Shown here: in pieces, positions 10,018 to 18,706 of the stretch
Layout: each line of letters opens with the position of its first letter
How positions within the stretch are numbered: position 1 is the stretch's first letter
Origin: a virus
Virus record (IMG/VR): IMGVR_UViG_3300045988_150172
Reading direction: 5' to 3' (one strand)
Length of the DNA stretch: 64,000 nucleotides
The notes under the pieces: model-generated
Databases searched by the model: none
What the model was told of the DNA's origin: nothing
Seen by the model: the letters and a program-made list of their open reading frames with translations, nothing else
Position numbers and translations under genes: made by a program

Positions 10018-10321
10018 AATGTTTTTGGATGCCTGTCAAGGCATTGTAATGAACTGCAACAGGCAGATTCTTGTGATTAAGATTATGGATGAGTGGCGTG
10101 CAATTTTGACAAAATATGTTCGTCTTCCAAATAGAGAAGTTCGTTATTCTGAAGTTATAGGACAGGACATTACTAGAATAGTACAAAACTTTCAAAGTAA
10201 TTTTCAGGGTATGACAGAGCAGCGTCTTGAAGAACTGGTACAGTCAGTATGTATACAGACGTTCAAATTTGGAACGAGTGATTACATTTGGCTAACACAG
10301 GTGGATTTGAATAAGGGCTAA
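10004..10321 (+). CDS. Hypothetical protein (105 aa)
   Basis: Track ORF overlapping the previous gene by 14 nt. Confidence 0.5.
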   Translation: MTSNEMFLDACQGIVMNCNRQILVIKIMDEWRAILTKYVRLPNREVRYSEVIGQDITRIVQNFQSNFQGMTEQRLEELVQSVCIQTFKFGTSDYIWLTQVDLNKG

Positions 10322-10336
10322 TTGATATATAATAAC

Positions 10337-10344
10337 TACATTTG
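10337..10344 (+). promoter_or_regulatory. Candidate -7 promoter element
   Basis: TAcaTTTG lies 30 nt before the ATG at 10375. No well-spaced -33 TTTG was found. Confidence 0.4.
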
Positions 10345-10374
10345 TGTTGTATATTGTTTAATGTTTTTTGAAAA

Positions 10375-10992
10375 ATGGATACGACACAGATTGTAAATTC
10401 AGCTATTGACACAGGCAAGGCGATTGGTGATGTTGGCATGATGGCTATTACGGCCGGATTTTTTTTGGTTCTTTCTGGAATCCTTATGGTGGTGTGCTTT
10501 AAGTGGTTCATTAAACTTATTAACAGCATGATGGAGGATCAAAAGCGAACCATGGAAGAACTTCTAAAGGAAACGCGCGATCAGAATTCAAAGCTTGCAG
10601 AACTGTCAGAATGTCTTACTCCTGAAAATCAGCTAAAGACAAAAGTGATTTCGAATGCTTTCTTTGACCTAGGTATTGAAAAGGTCTGTCGCGTCATTAA
10701 AAAGGTTAGAGTGGAAAACCACATCATTGATAAGGAAGCAACAACGGCAAAGGTTCATAAATTGCTGAAAAATTTGCATGATGATAGGAACAGTAAACTG
10801 GATTCGTTTGCCTATTTAGGCAGACCTCTTTCAAGTTATACTGATGAAAAGTGGGTTGCCAAGGTTGCAGAAGTCGTTCTTAGTGAAATTTACAATGAAA
10901 ATGGAGTTAATGATGAAAGAGCCAATACGAACGTTACAGCCGTGTACGATCAGATAAAGTTGGACTTCTATAGTAATATGATGCAGAGATAA
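10375..10992 (+). CDS. Hypothetical membrane-anchored protein
   Basis: One N-terminal hydrophobic segment (MMAITAGFFLVLSGILMVVCFKWF). Confidence 0.6.
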   Translation: MDTTQIVNSAIDTGKAIGDVGMMAITAGFFLVLSGILMVVCFKWFIKLINSMMEDQKRTMEELLKETRDQNSKLAELSECLTPENQLKTKVISNAFFDLGIEKVCRVIKKVRVENHIIDKEATTAKVHKLLKNLHDDRNSKLDSFAYLGRPLSSYTDEKWVAKVAEVVLSEIYNENGVNDERANTNVTAVYDQIKLDFYSNMMQR

Positions 10993-10994
10993 TT

Positions 10995-12065
10995 ATGAGT
11001 CTTTTTGAATTTATAGCTAAATCACGTTCAGGTGTCTATAAGGATACTTCAGAAAATCGTAGACTTCATCGTGTAGGCCAGCGTTATGGTGCAATTCAAC
11101 AGATTGTTGATGAGGGGGAACTTGTTCCTGGAATGCCTAATTCGACAAAGGTGAATCTGAAGAAGTACCTTTCAGGTAAGATGAAGCACCAAGTAGATGC
11201 ATATATTAATGCACTAAAGGTTACTCCTGCTTGGAATGATATTGAGAAGCTTCGTGCTGTGACTAAAGCTTATCAGGATATGTTTAATGGCAGTTTTGAT
11301 TCCTTGTCTAAAAGCAATAGAGCTCTTTTTGTTGAAATTGTTAAAAGACTTCAGAATAGAATTGCTGAACTTGGTGATGCGAAGAAACCTGATAATGCTG
11401 TTGTTACGACAAATGTGGGCACAAAATCTAAATTTGAACAGGCGGCTGAAAAGGCTGGTTTTGAACGTGGTGAGCCGATGTCTATTGATTTGGCTGATGA
11501 TAAACATGCCAATCCTAAATATATGAAATCAGTTGATGGAAGTTTTCGTCCATATACTTGTAATTGTCAGACATGCGTTGTTGCCTATGAACTTAGACGT
11601 AGAGGTTATGATGTAGAAGCAATGGGTGCTGGTGTTCAAAAGGGTTTTATTAATGAATATCAACACTCACTTGCACTTGATAGCACAAATGCCTTTTTGG
11701 GAATATCATTTAAGCGTTCTACATTAAATTGGAATAATTCAATTAAGAGTAATACACCTAAAGGTCGTCGTGAGTATGTTGCTAATCTGTTTGATGCAAC
11801 AAAAGAAGAGGGTCGGTATTTCCTTTCCATGAAAAATAGAAGAAGATCTACTGGACACATTGTTGTAGTGGAATCCACTGAGGATGGTGGAAAACTTTTA
11901 GTTGATCCTCAATCTGGGGAAAGGATTAATCTTACTGATGGTGCTGCCGTTGATAAATACTTTTCTAGAGTAGATGTTAAGCATCTCTATAATAAAGTAT
12001 TTAGGGTTGATAATCTGGAATTTAATCCTGCCGTGTTTACCGTTGTAACTAAAAATTCTGAATAA
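10995..12065 (+). CDS. Modular effector-like protein: conserved N-terminal NRRLHRVGQ peptide plus C-terminal papain-like (Cys/His/Asp) domain
   Basis: N-terminus is MSLFEFIAKSRSGVYKDTSENRRLHRVGQRYG. C-terminus has TCNCQTCVVAYELRRRGYD .. TGHIVVVE .. LVDPQSG. The middle VNLKKYLSGKMKHQVD segment is shared with 52283..53731. Confidence 0.7.
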   Translation: MSLFEFIAKSRSGVYKDTSENRRLHRVGQRYGAIQQIVDEGELVPGMPNSTKVNLKKYLSGKMKHQVDAYINALKVTPAWNDIEKLRAVTKAYQDMFNGSFDSLSKSNRALFVEIVKRLQNRIAELGDAKKPDNAVVTTNVGTKSKFEQAAEKAGFERGEPMSIDLADDKHANPKYMKSVDGSFRPYTCNCQTCVVAYELRRRGYDVEAMGAGVQKGFINEYQHSLALDSTNAFLGISFKRSTLNWNNSIKSNTPKGRREYVANLFDATKEEGRYFLSMKNRRRSTGHIVVVESTEDGGKLLVDPQSGERINLTDGAAVDKYFSRVDVKHLYNKVFRVDNLEFNPAVFTVVTKNSE

Positions 12066-12067
12066 AA

Positions 12068-12304
12068 ATGATTGCTGAAAAGGACATATTGAAGATCTGT
12101 GAAGCAGCAGGTTGGAAAGGTGGAGAACTTCTTTATGGAGGTTTTGCCGATGGAAAGTATTACGTATCCTATGGTGGTAAGAGTGAGGATGGTGTTATTC
12201 TGCTAGTGGGAGATCCTATAATTCTCATTGTAGAAAATGGTGTGTGTAGGGTTGCTACTGATAGTGAAAGGGTTTATTTTTATGAAAATTTCGTGAAAGA
12301 TTAA
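12068..12304 (+). CDS. Small partner protein (78 aa), possible immunity/adaptor
   Basis: Starts 2 nt after the papain-like gene. Has a frameshifted paralogue at 13339..13576. Confidence 0.6.
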   Translation: MIAEKDILKICEAAGWKGGELLYGGFADGKYYVSYGGKSEDGVILLVGDPIILIVENGVCRVATDSERVYFYENFVKD

Positions 12305-12311
12305 GGAATAA

Positions 12312-12344
12312 TCCTTGGATATTTCAGAAAAGTGATTATATTTG
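12312..12344 (+). promoter_or_regulatory. Promoter/operator cassette copy P2
   Basis: TCCTTGGATATTTCAGAAA then TAtaTTTG (12337-12344), with ATG at 12363. Confidence 0.65.
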
Positions 12345-12362
12345 CGTTATAAAATTTAGGCT

Positions 12363-13091
12363 ATGGGCTTGTTTGAATACATAATTAAAGCTAAATCTGG
12401 TGTTTATAAGGATAATCCAGAGAATAGACGACTGCATAGGGCTGGATTACAATATGGTCAGAAAAAGCAGCAGGAAAGCGTTCCTGATGTAAACAAGGAG
12501 GATTTTGAACTTGCGGAAGCAAAGGTCGAGAAAATGCTTGCCGTGAAACAGAACTTTGATAATGTTTCACAGGCTGTGTGTATGGAGGTTGGTTGTATTG
12601 TCTCCCCTACCAACATTAAAAAGCCCATAAGGATTGCTCAGAAAATGGCTTCTGATAATTCTACTATTGATGATATTAAGGATGTTATGCGTAACACCTT
12701 TGTTGTTAATAGTGACGCTGATGTTGGCAAGGTTATAGAAGTCATATCCAAGCATTATAAAGTCGTTAGAGTAAAGCGTCAAATGCCTGACAAGTTCGCT
12801 GGTTATAGTGGCAATATTGTCAATGTGGAGCTTCCTAATGGTGAAATTGGTGAAATGCAGGTGAACACGCCACAAATGATATTTGGTAAGGAGGTTGAAC
12901 GTGATGCTAGAATGATTCTGGGTGATAGTCTATGGGAACGATTAAAGGCCAATGCAGGAAACCTTATCCCTGGACTTGGTCATAGGATGTATGAGGTGCT
13001 TCGGGATGATTCCATTGACGATGAAAGACTTGATATTGTTGAACGCAATAGTAGAATTTATTATGATAGAATTAGAAAGATTTCGCTATGA
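12363..13091 (+). CDS. RelA/SpoT-like nucleotidyltransferase (small alarmone synthetase / toxSAS-like) with N-terminal NRRLHRAG peptide
   Basis: N-terminus is MGLFEYIIKAKSGVYKDNPENRRLHRAGLQYG. Core has IKKPIRIAQKM, IKDVMRNTFVV, FAGYSGNIVNVELPNGEIGEMQVNTPQM and GHRMYE, matching the order of RelA_SpoT synthetase motifs. Confidence 0.7.
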   Translation: MGLFEYIIKAKSGVYKDNPENRRLHRAGLQYGQKKQQESVPDVNKEDFELAEAKVEKMLAVKQNFDNVSQAVCMEVGCIVSPTNIKKPIRIAQKMASDNSTIDDIKDVMRNTFVVNSDADVGKVIEVISKHYKVVRVKRQMPDKFAGYSGNIVNVELPNGEIGEMQVNTPQMIFGKEVERDARMILGDSLWERLKANAGNLIPGLGHRMYEVLRDDSIDDERLDIVERNSRIYYDRIRKISL

Positions 13092-13336
13092 GAACAGTAA
13101 CTAACAAGGAACTGGGGGAGTTGCTCCGTTCCAATGAAATGGTCTATCTATTAGACGACACCGATGAAATTGCATGGGGGTTTCTTGGTGAAGGAAAGAA
13201 CCGTAGAAGAGTGGTAAGCAAGGCAAAGGGAAGAGAGCCTTTCGAGCACAACCCAAAGCAGCAGAACTCCAACAGTATGATCCGTGCCTATATGAATAAG
13301 GATGTGATGACAAAGGAGGAATTTGAAAATTACTGA
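13088..13336 (+). CDS. Hypothetical protein (82 aa), possible antitoxin/partner of the RelA/SpoT-like gene
   Basis: Start overlaps the upstream stop by 4 nt (ATGA). Confidence 0.55.
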   Translation: MRTVTNKELGELLRSNEMVYLLDDTDEIAWGFLGEGKNRRRVVSKAKGREPFEHNPKQQNSNSMIRAYMNKDVMTKEEFENY

Positions 13337-13338
13337 AT

Positions 13339-13576
13339 ATGTGTGAGCGAAAGAATGACATATTAAAGGTCTGTCAATCGGCAGGTTATACAGAGGGAAA
13401 CCTCATCTATGGTGGTTTTTGTCAATGGGAAACATTATGTGTCCTACGGGCAGGATGATGCGGAGGAACTCCAATGTGTAGGTGCTCCTGTCATTCTGAT
13501 AGTAGAGAACGGTCTATGCAGAATTGCCACTGATGATGAACGAAATTACTTTTATAGATTTCTTGTGAAAGATTAA
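13339..13576 (+). pseudogene. Frameshifted paralogue of the 78-aa ORF at 12068..12304
   Basis: MCERKNDILKVCQSAGYTEGNLIYGGF, then a +1 shift, then VNGKHYVSYGQDDAEELQCVGAPVILIVENGLCRIATDDERNYFYRFLVKD. This aligns end to end with the intact copy. Length is 238 nt versus 237 nt, and the extra base lies in the T5 run at 13416-13420. Confidence 0.65.
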
Positions 13577-13619
13577 GGATGGTTATTGTATATGCGTTTC
13601 TGACAGAGTTAAAGACTAT

Positions 13620-13919
13620 ATGGAAATGAAAAATGATTTCGCGAAGTCCATTCTTGACAACCCTTATAACAGGGTTGAGGGTGGCCAGAAGATTGAATTG
13701 TTCAATGTTCTGTCCAAGTACAGGTATCAGCGTCAGAATAGGCAGTTGACCACCTATGTTGCGTATGCCGAGGATCTTGGAATAACCAAGGAGGAAGCTG
13801 TGGCTTACCAGAATTGGATAAACGACGGCAATCCGACAGGCATTGAGTCCGATGAGCAGTTTTATGAGATTCAGAAACAGGTATATGGCAAGGTTGTTAT
13901 AAAATTGTCGTGGCTTTAA
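13620..13919 (+). CDS. Hypothetical protein (99 aa)
   Basis: Track ORF with no recognisable motif. Confidence 0.5.
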   Translation: MEMKNDFAKSILDNPYNRVEGGQKIELFNVLSKYRYQRQNRQLTTYVAYAEDLGITKEEAVAYQNWINDGNPTGIESDEQFYEIQKQVYGKVVIKLSWL

Positions 13920-13937
13920 TTGATTTTTCATGGGTTA

Positions 13938-13972
13938 TTCTTTTGGAAATTCAAGAACAACGACTATATTTG
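13938..13972 (+). promoter_or_regulatory. Promoter/operator cassette copy P3 (degenerate)
   Basis: TTCTTTTGGAAATTCAAGAAC then TAtaTTTG (13965-13972). It lies inside the N-terminal extension of track ORF 13910. Confidence 0.55.
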
Positions 13973-13999
13973 CGTTGTAAAATTAAAAATGATTTTGTT

Positions 14000-14449
14000 A
14001 TGAACATGGTTGTTAAATCTAAAGATCAGTTTCGTCTGGCTACTGAAATCGCAGTTCAGGCACACAATGGGCAGGTTGATAAGAATGGAGTTCCGTATAT
14101 CTGTCATCCTATTGCTGTTGCTAATAAATGTTCACTTCCAATAGCCAAGTGTATTGCTATGCTTCATGATGTGCTGGAAGATACAAAAGTTACAGCAACA
14201 GATTTGATTGGTATGGGTGTTGACCCATATATTGTTGAATGTGTGGGGAAGCTGACACACAGAAAAGGCACTCCATATTTGGACTATATTCAAAGTATAA
14301 TTGATACAGGAATCTATAACGTTATCAGGGTGAAGTACGCTGACTTATGTGACAATCTTGATCCTGCGAGGGGTGGTTTGAACGAGCGGAAGATGCCTTT
14401 GTATCTTAAGGCTAAAAGAATGTTGGAGGAAGCGTTATGTCGTGTATAG
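14000..14449 (+). CDS. HD-domain (p)ppGpp hydrolase-like protein (small alarmone hydrolase, SpoT/Mesh1 type)
   Basis: HNGQVDKNGVPYICHPIAV, MLHDVLEDT and VKYADLCDNL match the SpoT hydrolase motifs. Start moved to ATG 14000, downstream of the promoter. Confidence 0.8.
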   Translation: MNMVVKSKDQFRLATEIAVQAHNGQVDKNGVPYICHPIAVANKCSLPIAKCIAMLHDVLEDTKVTATDLIGMGVDPYIVECVGKLTHRKGTPYLDYIQSIIDTGIYNVIRVKYADLCDNLDPARGGLNERKMPLYLKAKRMLEEALCRV

Positions 14450-16362
14450 AACTAAGAAATGAAATCCTCCGTTTGAATTCTCTGTATAGGCAAGGTAAGC
14501 CGGAGGTCAGTGATGTTGAGTACGATTCACTTGTGGAGCAGCTGAGAGCTATATCTCCTGATGATGACTTCTTCAAGTCGGGTGTTGCTGAAAAGGCAAC
14601 AGATAGAATGCAGAAGCTTCCCCTTCCTATGTTTTCTCTGGAGAAAATAAAGACGTTTAAGGAGTTTTTGACGTGGGTTGATAGGATGGCTAGGGCTGGG
14701 TGTAAAAATCTCGTAATAACGCCTAAATACGATGGAATAAGTCTTCTTGTTAGTGAACTGTCACAGGCTGCCTGGACAAGGGGTGACGGTGTGCAGGGTC
14801 AGCGAAGCGATGCACACTTTTCACGAATGAAGAATGGTGAGGTTGAACAGCCTGTGTTTGAATATACATGGGGTGAAGCCATCTGTTCTAAAAAGGATTT
14901 TGAATCCGTTAAGGGTGAGTATAAGAATGTTCGCAACATGGTTGCAGGTCTGTTCAACTCTCCTATGGGGGCTAATACGGAACAGATAGGGGCTGTGACC
15001 TTTGTAAGGTACGGTATTGATTCTGATGAAAATAAATCCGTTCAACTGGATTATCTTAATGGTCGTTACCAATACACTACACCATATAGACTGATACAGA
15101 TTGAAAACATTCTTATGTATAATGAGAATGATGTGCTGGGTATGTTGGATAGGCTTTATAGAGAATGGAAGTTGGCATATCAGATAGACGGCCTAGTGAT
15201 TGAGGTTGATGAAAACAGTGTTCGAAAGAAGTTGGGTCGCAAGCCAAATGGAAATCCTGACTATGCCGTTGCATTTAAGAGGGAGGAATGGTTGCAGTCC
15301 TATACAACAACCGTGGAAAAGGTTGAATGGAATGTTAGCAAGGATGGCTGTCTGTGTCCTGTGGTATGCGTAAAGCCTGTTGAGATGGAGGGTGCTACCG
15401 TGTCCAAGGTAACAGGATATAATGCTAAATACATTCTTGACAATCATATTGCAGGTGGTTCCACGATAGACATTATTCGTAGTGGTGACGTTATTCCAAA
15501 GCATATTAGAACGCTTGGTTATTCTACGGAAACATGTTCAAAGGAATTTCCTGCTGTCTGTCCATGCTGTGGCAAGCCTGTTCAATGGGATGCGACGCAT
15601 ACCGAGCTTGTATGTACGAATAAGAATTGTAGGCAACAGGTTATTTCCAGAATGGTGTACTTTTTCAGAACAATGGGTTGTGAGGGTTTTGATGAACCTA
15701 TCGTGCGTCGCCTGTATGACGCTGGAATGGATAGTATCCAGCTTGTCGTGGCGAGCAGGTCATTGGCATTTATGCACGTACTTGGAGAGAATAAGGGGTT
15801 GGCTGTATATAATGAGATCTGGAATAAGGTGCTTAATACAAAAAATCCTGTTGCAAGACTTATGACCGCATATAATGTGTTTGAGGGTGTTCTTGCTGAA
15901 AAGACAGCTCAAAGCATTATAGATGGAAGTGAAGCAGTTCAATATCTGTTGCGTTTCGGTATCAATCAACCTATGAGAGACAAGGATATTTTGGCAGTTC
16001 TTCACGAGGAGCTCTGTTCCATCTCTGGTGTGGGTGCTGTTACGGCTGACACATTCATTACAGGCATGAATAAGTTCTTGGATATGAGGTGTCTGTATCC
16101 CTATTACACCTGCACCCCTAAGAAAAATTTGGCTGATAACTGTATGTATGTCTGCATGACAGGTTTTAGAGATAAGGAACTGGAGAATGAGCTTATAAAA
16201 CAGGGGCACGAAGTTTTGAGCGGTGTTACGGCCAAATGTACTGTTCTTGTGGTGGCTGACTTGAATTCAACAAGCAGTAAGATGCAAAAGGCTCAGAAAA
16301 TGGGAATTCGTATTGTGGACAGAAAGACATTTGAAGATGAAATATACAGCAATAAGGGATAA
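14437..16362 (+). CDS. ligA: NAD-dependent DNA ligase
   Basis: N-terminal YRQGKPEVSDVEYDSL, adenylation motif KYDG, Cys4 finger CPCCG..CTNKNC, C-terminal BRCT-like VCMTGF. Confidence 0.9.
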   Translation: MSCIELRNEILRLNSLYRQGKPEVSDVEYDSLVEQLRAISPDDDFFKSGVAEKATDRMQKLPLPMFSLEKIKTFKEFLTWVDRMARAGCKNLVITPKYDGISLLVSELSQAAWTRGDGVQGQRSDAHFSRMKNGEVEQPVFEYTWGEAICSKKDFESVKGEYKNVRNMVAGLFNSPMGANTEQIGAVTFVRYGIDSDENKSVQLDYLNGRYQYTTPYRLIQIENILMYNENDVLGMLDRLYREWKLAYQIDGLVIEVDENSVRKKLGRKPNGNPDYAVAFKREEWLQSYTTTVEKVEWNVSKDGCLCPVVCVKPVEMEGATVSKVTGYNAKYILDNHIAGGSTIDIIRSGDVIPKHIRTLGYSTETCSKEFPAVCPCCGKPVQWDATHTELVCTNKNCRQQVISRMVYFFRTMGCEGFDEPIVRRLYDAGMDSIQLVVASRSLAFMHVLGENKGLAVYNEIWNKVLNTKNPVARLMTAYNVFEGVLAEKTAQSIIDGSEAVQYLLRFGINQPMRDKDILAVLHEELCSISGVGAVTADTFITGMNKFLDMRCLYPYYTCTPKKNLADNCMYVCMTGFRDKELENELIKQGHEVLSGVTAKCTVLVVADLNSTSSKMQKAQKMGIRIVDRKTFEDEIYSNKG

Positions 16363-18026
16363 TGCGGTACTTCTATCGTGACAGTGCTTGGTGGCACATC
16401 GGGTTTAGTTATGATCCGGAGCTGGTAAAGGAAGTCAAGTCCTTTGCCAATTCCGGATTTAACCCTGAATTGCGCGAATGGTACGTTTTAATTCATATAA
16501 CTACATTGGCAGCAGTGCAAAAGTGGCTTGCAGACAATAATTTTCGGGAGGAAAGGGTGTATATACCATCCAGGAGAGTTGTGGAGTATCAGGAACCACC
16601 TGAAGTGATTACGGCTGATGATGTGCTTGCAGCATGTAAGGAGGTTGAGTTAAAGCGTACACCACGACACTATCAGGCGGAGGGTATTGCCTATATGATT
16701 AATCACGGTAACTGTATAAATGGTGATGACTGTGGGCTTGGCAAAACCGGACAGGCTATTGTTACTGTAGAGCTCATGGATGTGTTTCCTACTCTTGTTA
16801 TCTGTCCAGCGTCCGTTAAATACAACTGGAAAAAGGAATGGCAGAGGTGGAATCCAGCCAGAACGGTGGGTATAGTGGAATCTGGAAAGAAATATGATGA
16901 ATCCGTATGGAACAGTGACGTGGTGGTTATAAACTTTGATATTCTTGGCGAGCGAAGTACGGATAAGCCAAAGGTGAAATATAAGGAGCTGTTGAAGAAA
17001 TACTGGGGTTCATGTATAATTGATGAGATTCACTTTTTGAAGTCAGAAAAGGCAATTCGTACCCGAATGACCAAGAAGATAACGAAGCATATTGCTCACG
17101 TGTGGGGGTTGACTGGAACGCTGACGCAGAATCGTCCTCTGGAACTCATTCAGCCTTATCAGATACTTCGTAGGTTCAGCGAAATTTTTGGTGACACCCT
17201 TGCATTCAAGTTCAGGTACTGTGATGCAAAGAAGACGATGTTCGGTTTTGATGCAAGTGGGTTCAGCAATCTGGAGGAGCTTCACGAACTGTTGCGAATG
17301 GCTGGGTATGTTCGACGGGATAAAAGAGATGTGCTTACGGAACTTCCACCAGTTATAGAACAGACAGTTGATGTTCCTATAAGCAATGCAAGAGAATATC
17401 ACCATGCGGAGGACGACCTGTTGAACTATCTGGAGGCAATAGATGTGGAAAGGGCAAGTTCAGCGGCCAATGCTCCTCATCTTGTGATGTTGAATACACT
17501 CCGTACGTTGAGCATTGTGGGTAAGATGGCCTTTATCAAGTCCTATATTCAGGAGTGGCTTGAATCCAATGAGGAAAAACAGCTTGCTGTCTTTGGGGTG
17601 CATCGTGAGCCGCTTCAGGAGCTTGCAGATTACTTTAAGGCTCCAGTCATTCAGGGTGGTGTGTCCATAGAGAATAAACAGAAGATTGTGGATGCGTTTG
17701 CGGCACAGAAGCATCGTCTTCTGTTTGCCAACATTCAGTCGGCTGGAACAGGTACTGATGGACTTCAGACACACTGTTCAGATATGATATATATAGAACT
17801 TCCCGACCGAAGCACTGATGTTGAACAGACGAATGCTCGACTGGAGCGTATGGGGCAGAAAAATACCATAACGGTTACCTATCTGTTGTCGCCTGAAACA
17901 ATTGATGTTGAAATGAAGGAGACACTGGACGGTAAGAAGATGCTTACCGATGTTGTGAATGCAGGGAAAAGCGAAAATGACCTCATTGCTATGAAATTTT
18001 TTAGAAATCGTAGGAGAAATCCATGA
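16362..18026 (+). CDS. SNF2-family helicase
   Basis: RHYQAEGIAYM, DDCGLGKTGQAI, IIDEIHFLKS, GTLTQNRPLEL, and C-terminal helicase motifs (QSAGTGTDGLQ). Confidence 0.85.
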   Translation: MRYFYRDSAWWHIGFSYDPELVKEVKSFANSGFNPELREWYVLIHITTLAAVQKWLADNNFREERVYIPSRRVVEYQEPPEVITADDVLAACKEVELKRTPRHYQAEGIAYMINHGNCINGDDCGLGKTGQAIVTVELMDVFPTLVICPASVKYNWKKEWQRWNPARTVGIVESGKKYDESVWNSDVVVINFDILGERSTDKPKVKYKELLKKYWGSCIIDEIHFLKSEKAIRTRMTKKITKHIAHVWGLTGTLTQNRPLELIQPYQILRRFSEIFGDTLAFKFRYCDAKKTMFGFDASGFSNLEELHELLRMAGYVRRDKRDVLTELPPVIEQTVDVPISNAREYHHAEDDLLNYLEAIDVERASSAANAPHLVMLNTLRTLSIVGKMAFIKSYIQEWLESNEEKQLAVFGVHREPLQELADYFKAPVIQGGVSIENKQKIVDAFAAQKHRLLFANIQSAGTGTDGLQTHCSDMIYIELPDRSTDVEQTNARLERMGQKNTITVTYLLSPETIDVEMKETLDGKKMLTDVVNAGKSENDLIAMKFFRNRRRNP

Positions 18027-18065
18027 TATTTCGTTGTAATTATATAATTAAATGAATTTCATTAG

Positions 18066-18242
18066 ATGAATACATTGAAAAGATTTAAGTGTAAATTCTT
18101 TGGTAGCAGAGAACGCAAGGGGCAAATCACACAGCAGACATCTTTTGTGACAACCTATGACCGTGCTATGGTTGAGGATGTCCTTAGAAATCAAGGGTGG
18201 GTTAAGATCAACGGCCTAAAGATTAGAGAATGCGAAGAATAG
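18066..18242 (+). CDS. Hypothetical small protein (58 aa)
   Basis: ATG ORF below the track cutoff that fills the 18027-18229 gap. Its stop overlaps the RNase H start. Confidence 0.35.
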   Translation: MNTLKRFKCKFFGSRERKGQITQQTSFVTTYDRAMVEDVLRNQGWVKINGLKIRECEE

Positions 18243-18706
18243 ATATATACACTGATGGGAGCTGTAATGCACGAACTAGGGTTGGCGGATATGGTGTATA
18301 TGCTAGGGATGGTGAGAATGAGGTGGTGATACACCAAGGCTACACCAGCACAACAACAGCTAGGATGGAAATGAGAGCTGTGCTTCATGCAATACGCTTG
18401 GTATCCAATGAACCTCTGGACGTCTATATTCATTCTGATTCTCAATTCGTAGTAAATGCGTTTAAGGAGGGGTGGCTATCCAGATGGCGGCTGTCTAATT
18501 TTGTTGGAGTGATGAACGCCCCCATCTGGAAAGTTATTGTGCTTGAATTGGCAAAACGACCACAGGTTCATTTTCACATTAGATGGCTTCATGGACACCA
18601 GAAGGATATTCTGGATGAAGCAGTCTTTGGAAATACGGTGGCTGATGCACTGGCTGACTATAAGAATCAGGAATCATATATAAAAGATAAAGACGATAAT
18701 CTATGA
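18230..18706 (+). CDS. rnhA: Ribonuclease HI
   Basis: IDIYTDGSC, TTARMEMRAV, IHSDSQFV and GNTVADALA give the RNase H D-E-D-D pattern. Confidence 0.85.
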   Translation: MRRIDIYTDGSCNARTRVGGYGVYARDGENEVVIHQGYTSTTTARMEMRAVLHAIRLVSNEPLDVYIHSDSQFVVNAFKEGWLSRWRLSNFVGVMNAPIWKVIVLELAKRPQVHFHIRWLHGHQKDILDEAVFGNTVADALADYKNQESYIKDKDDNL

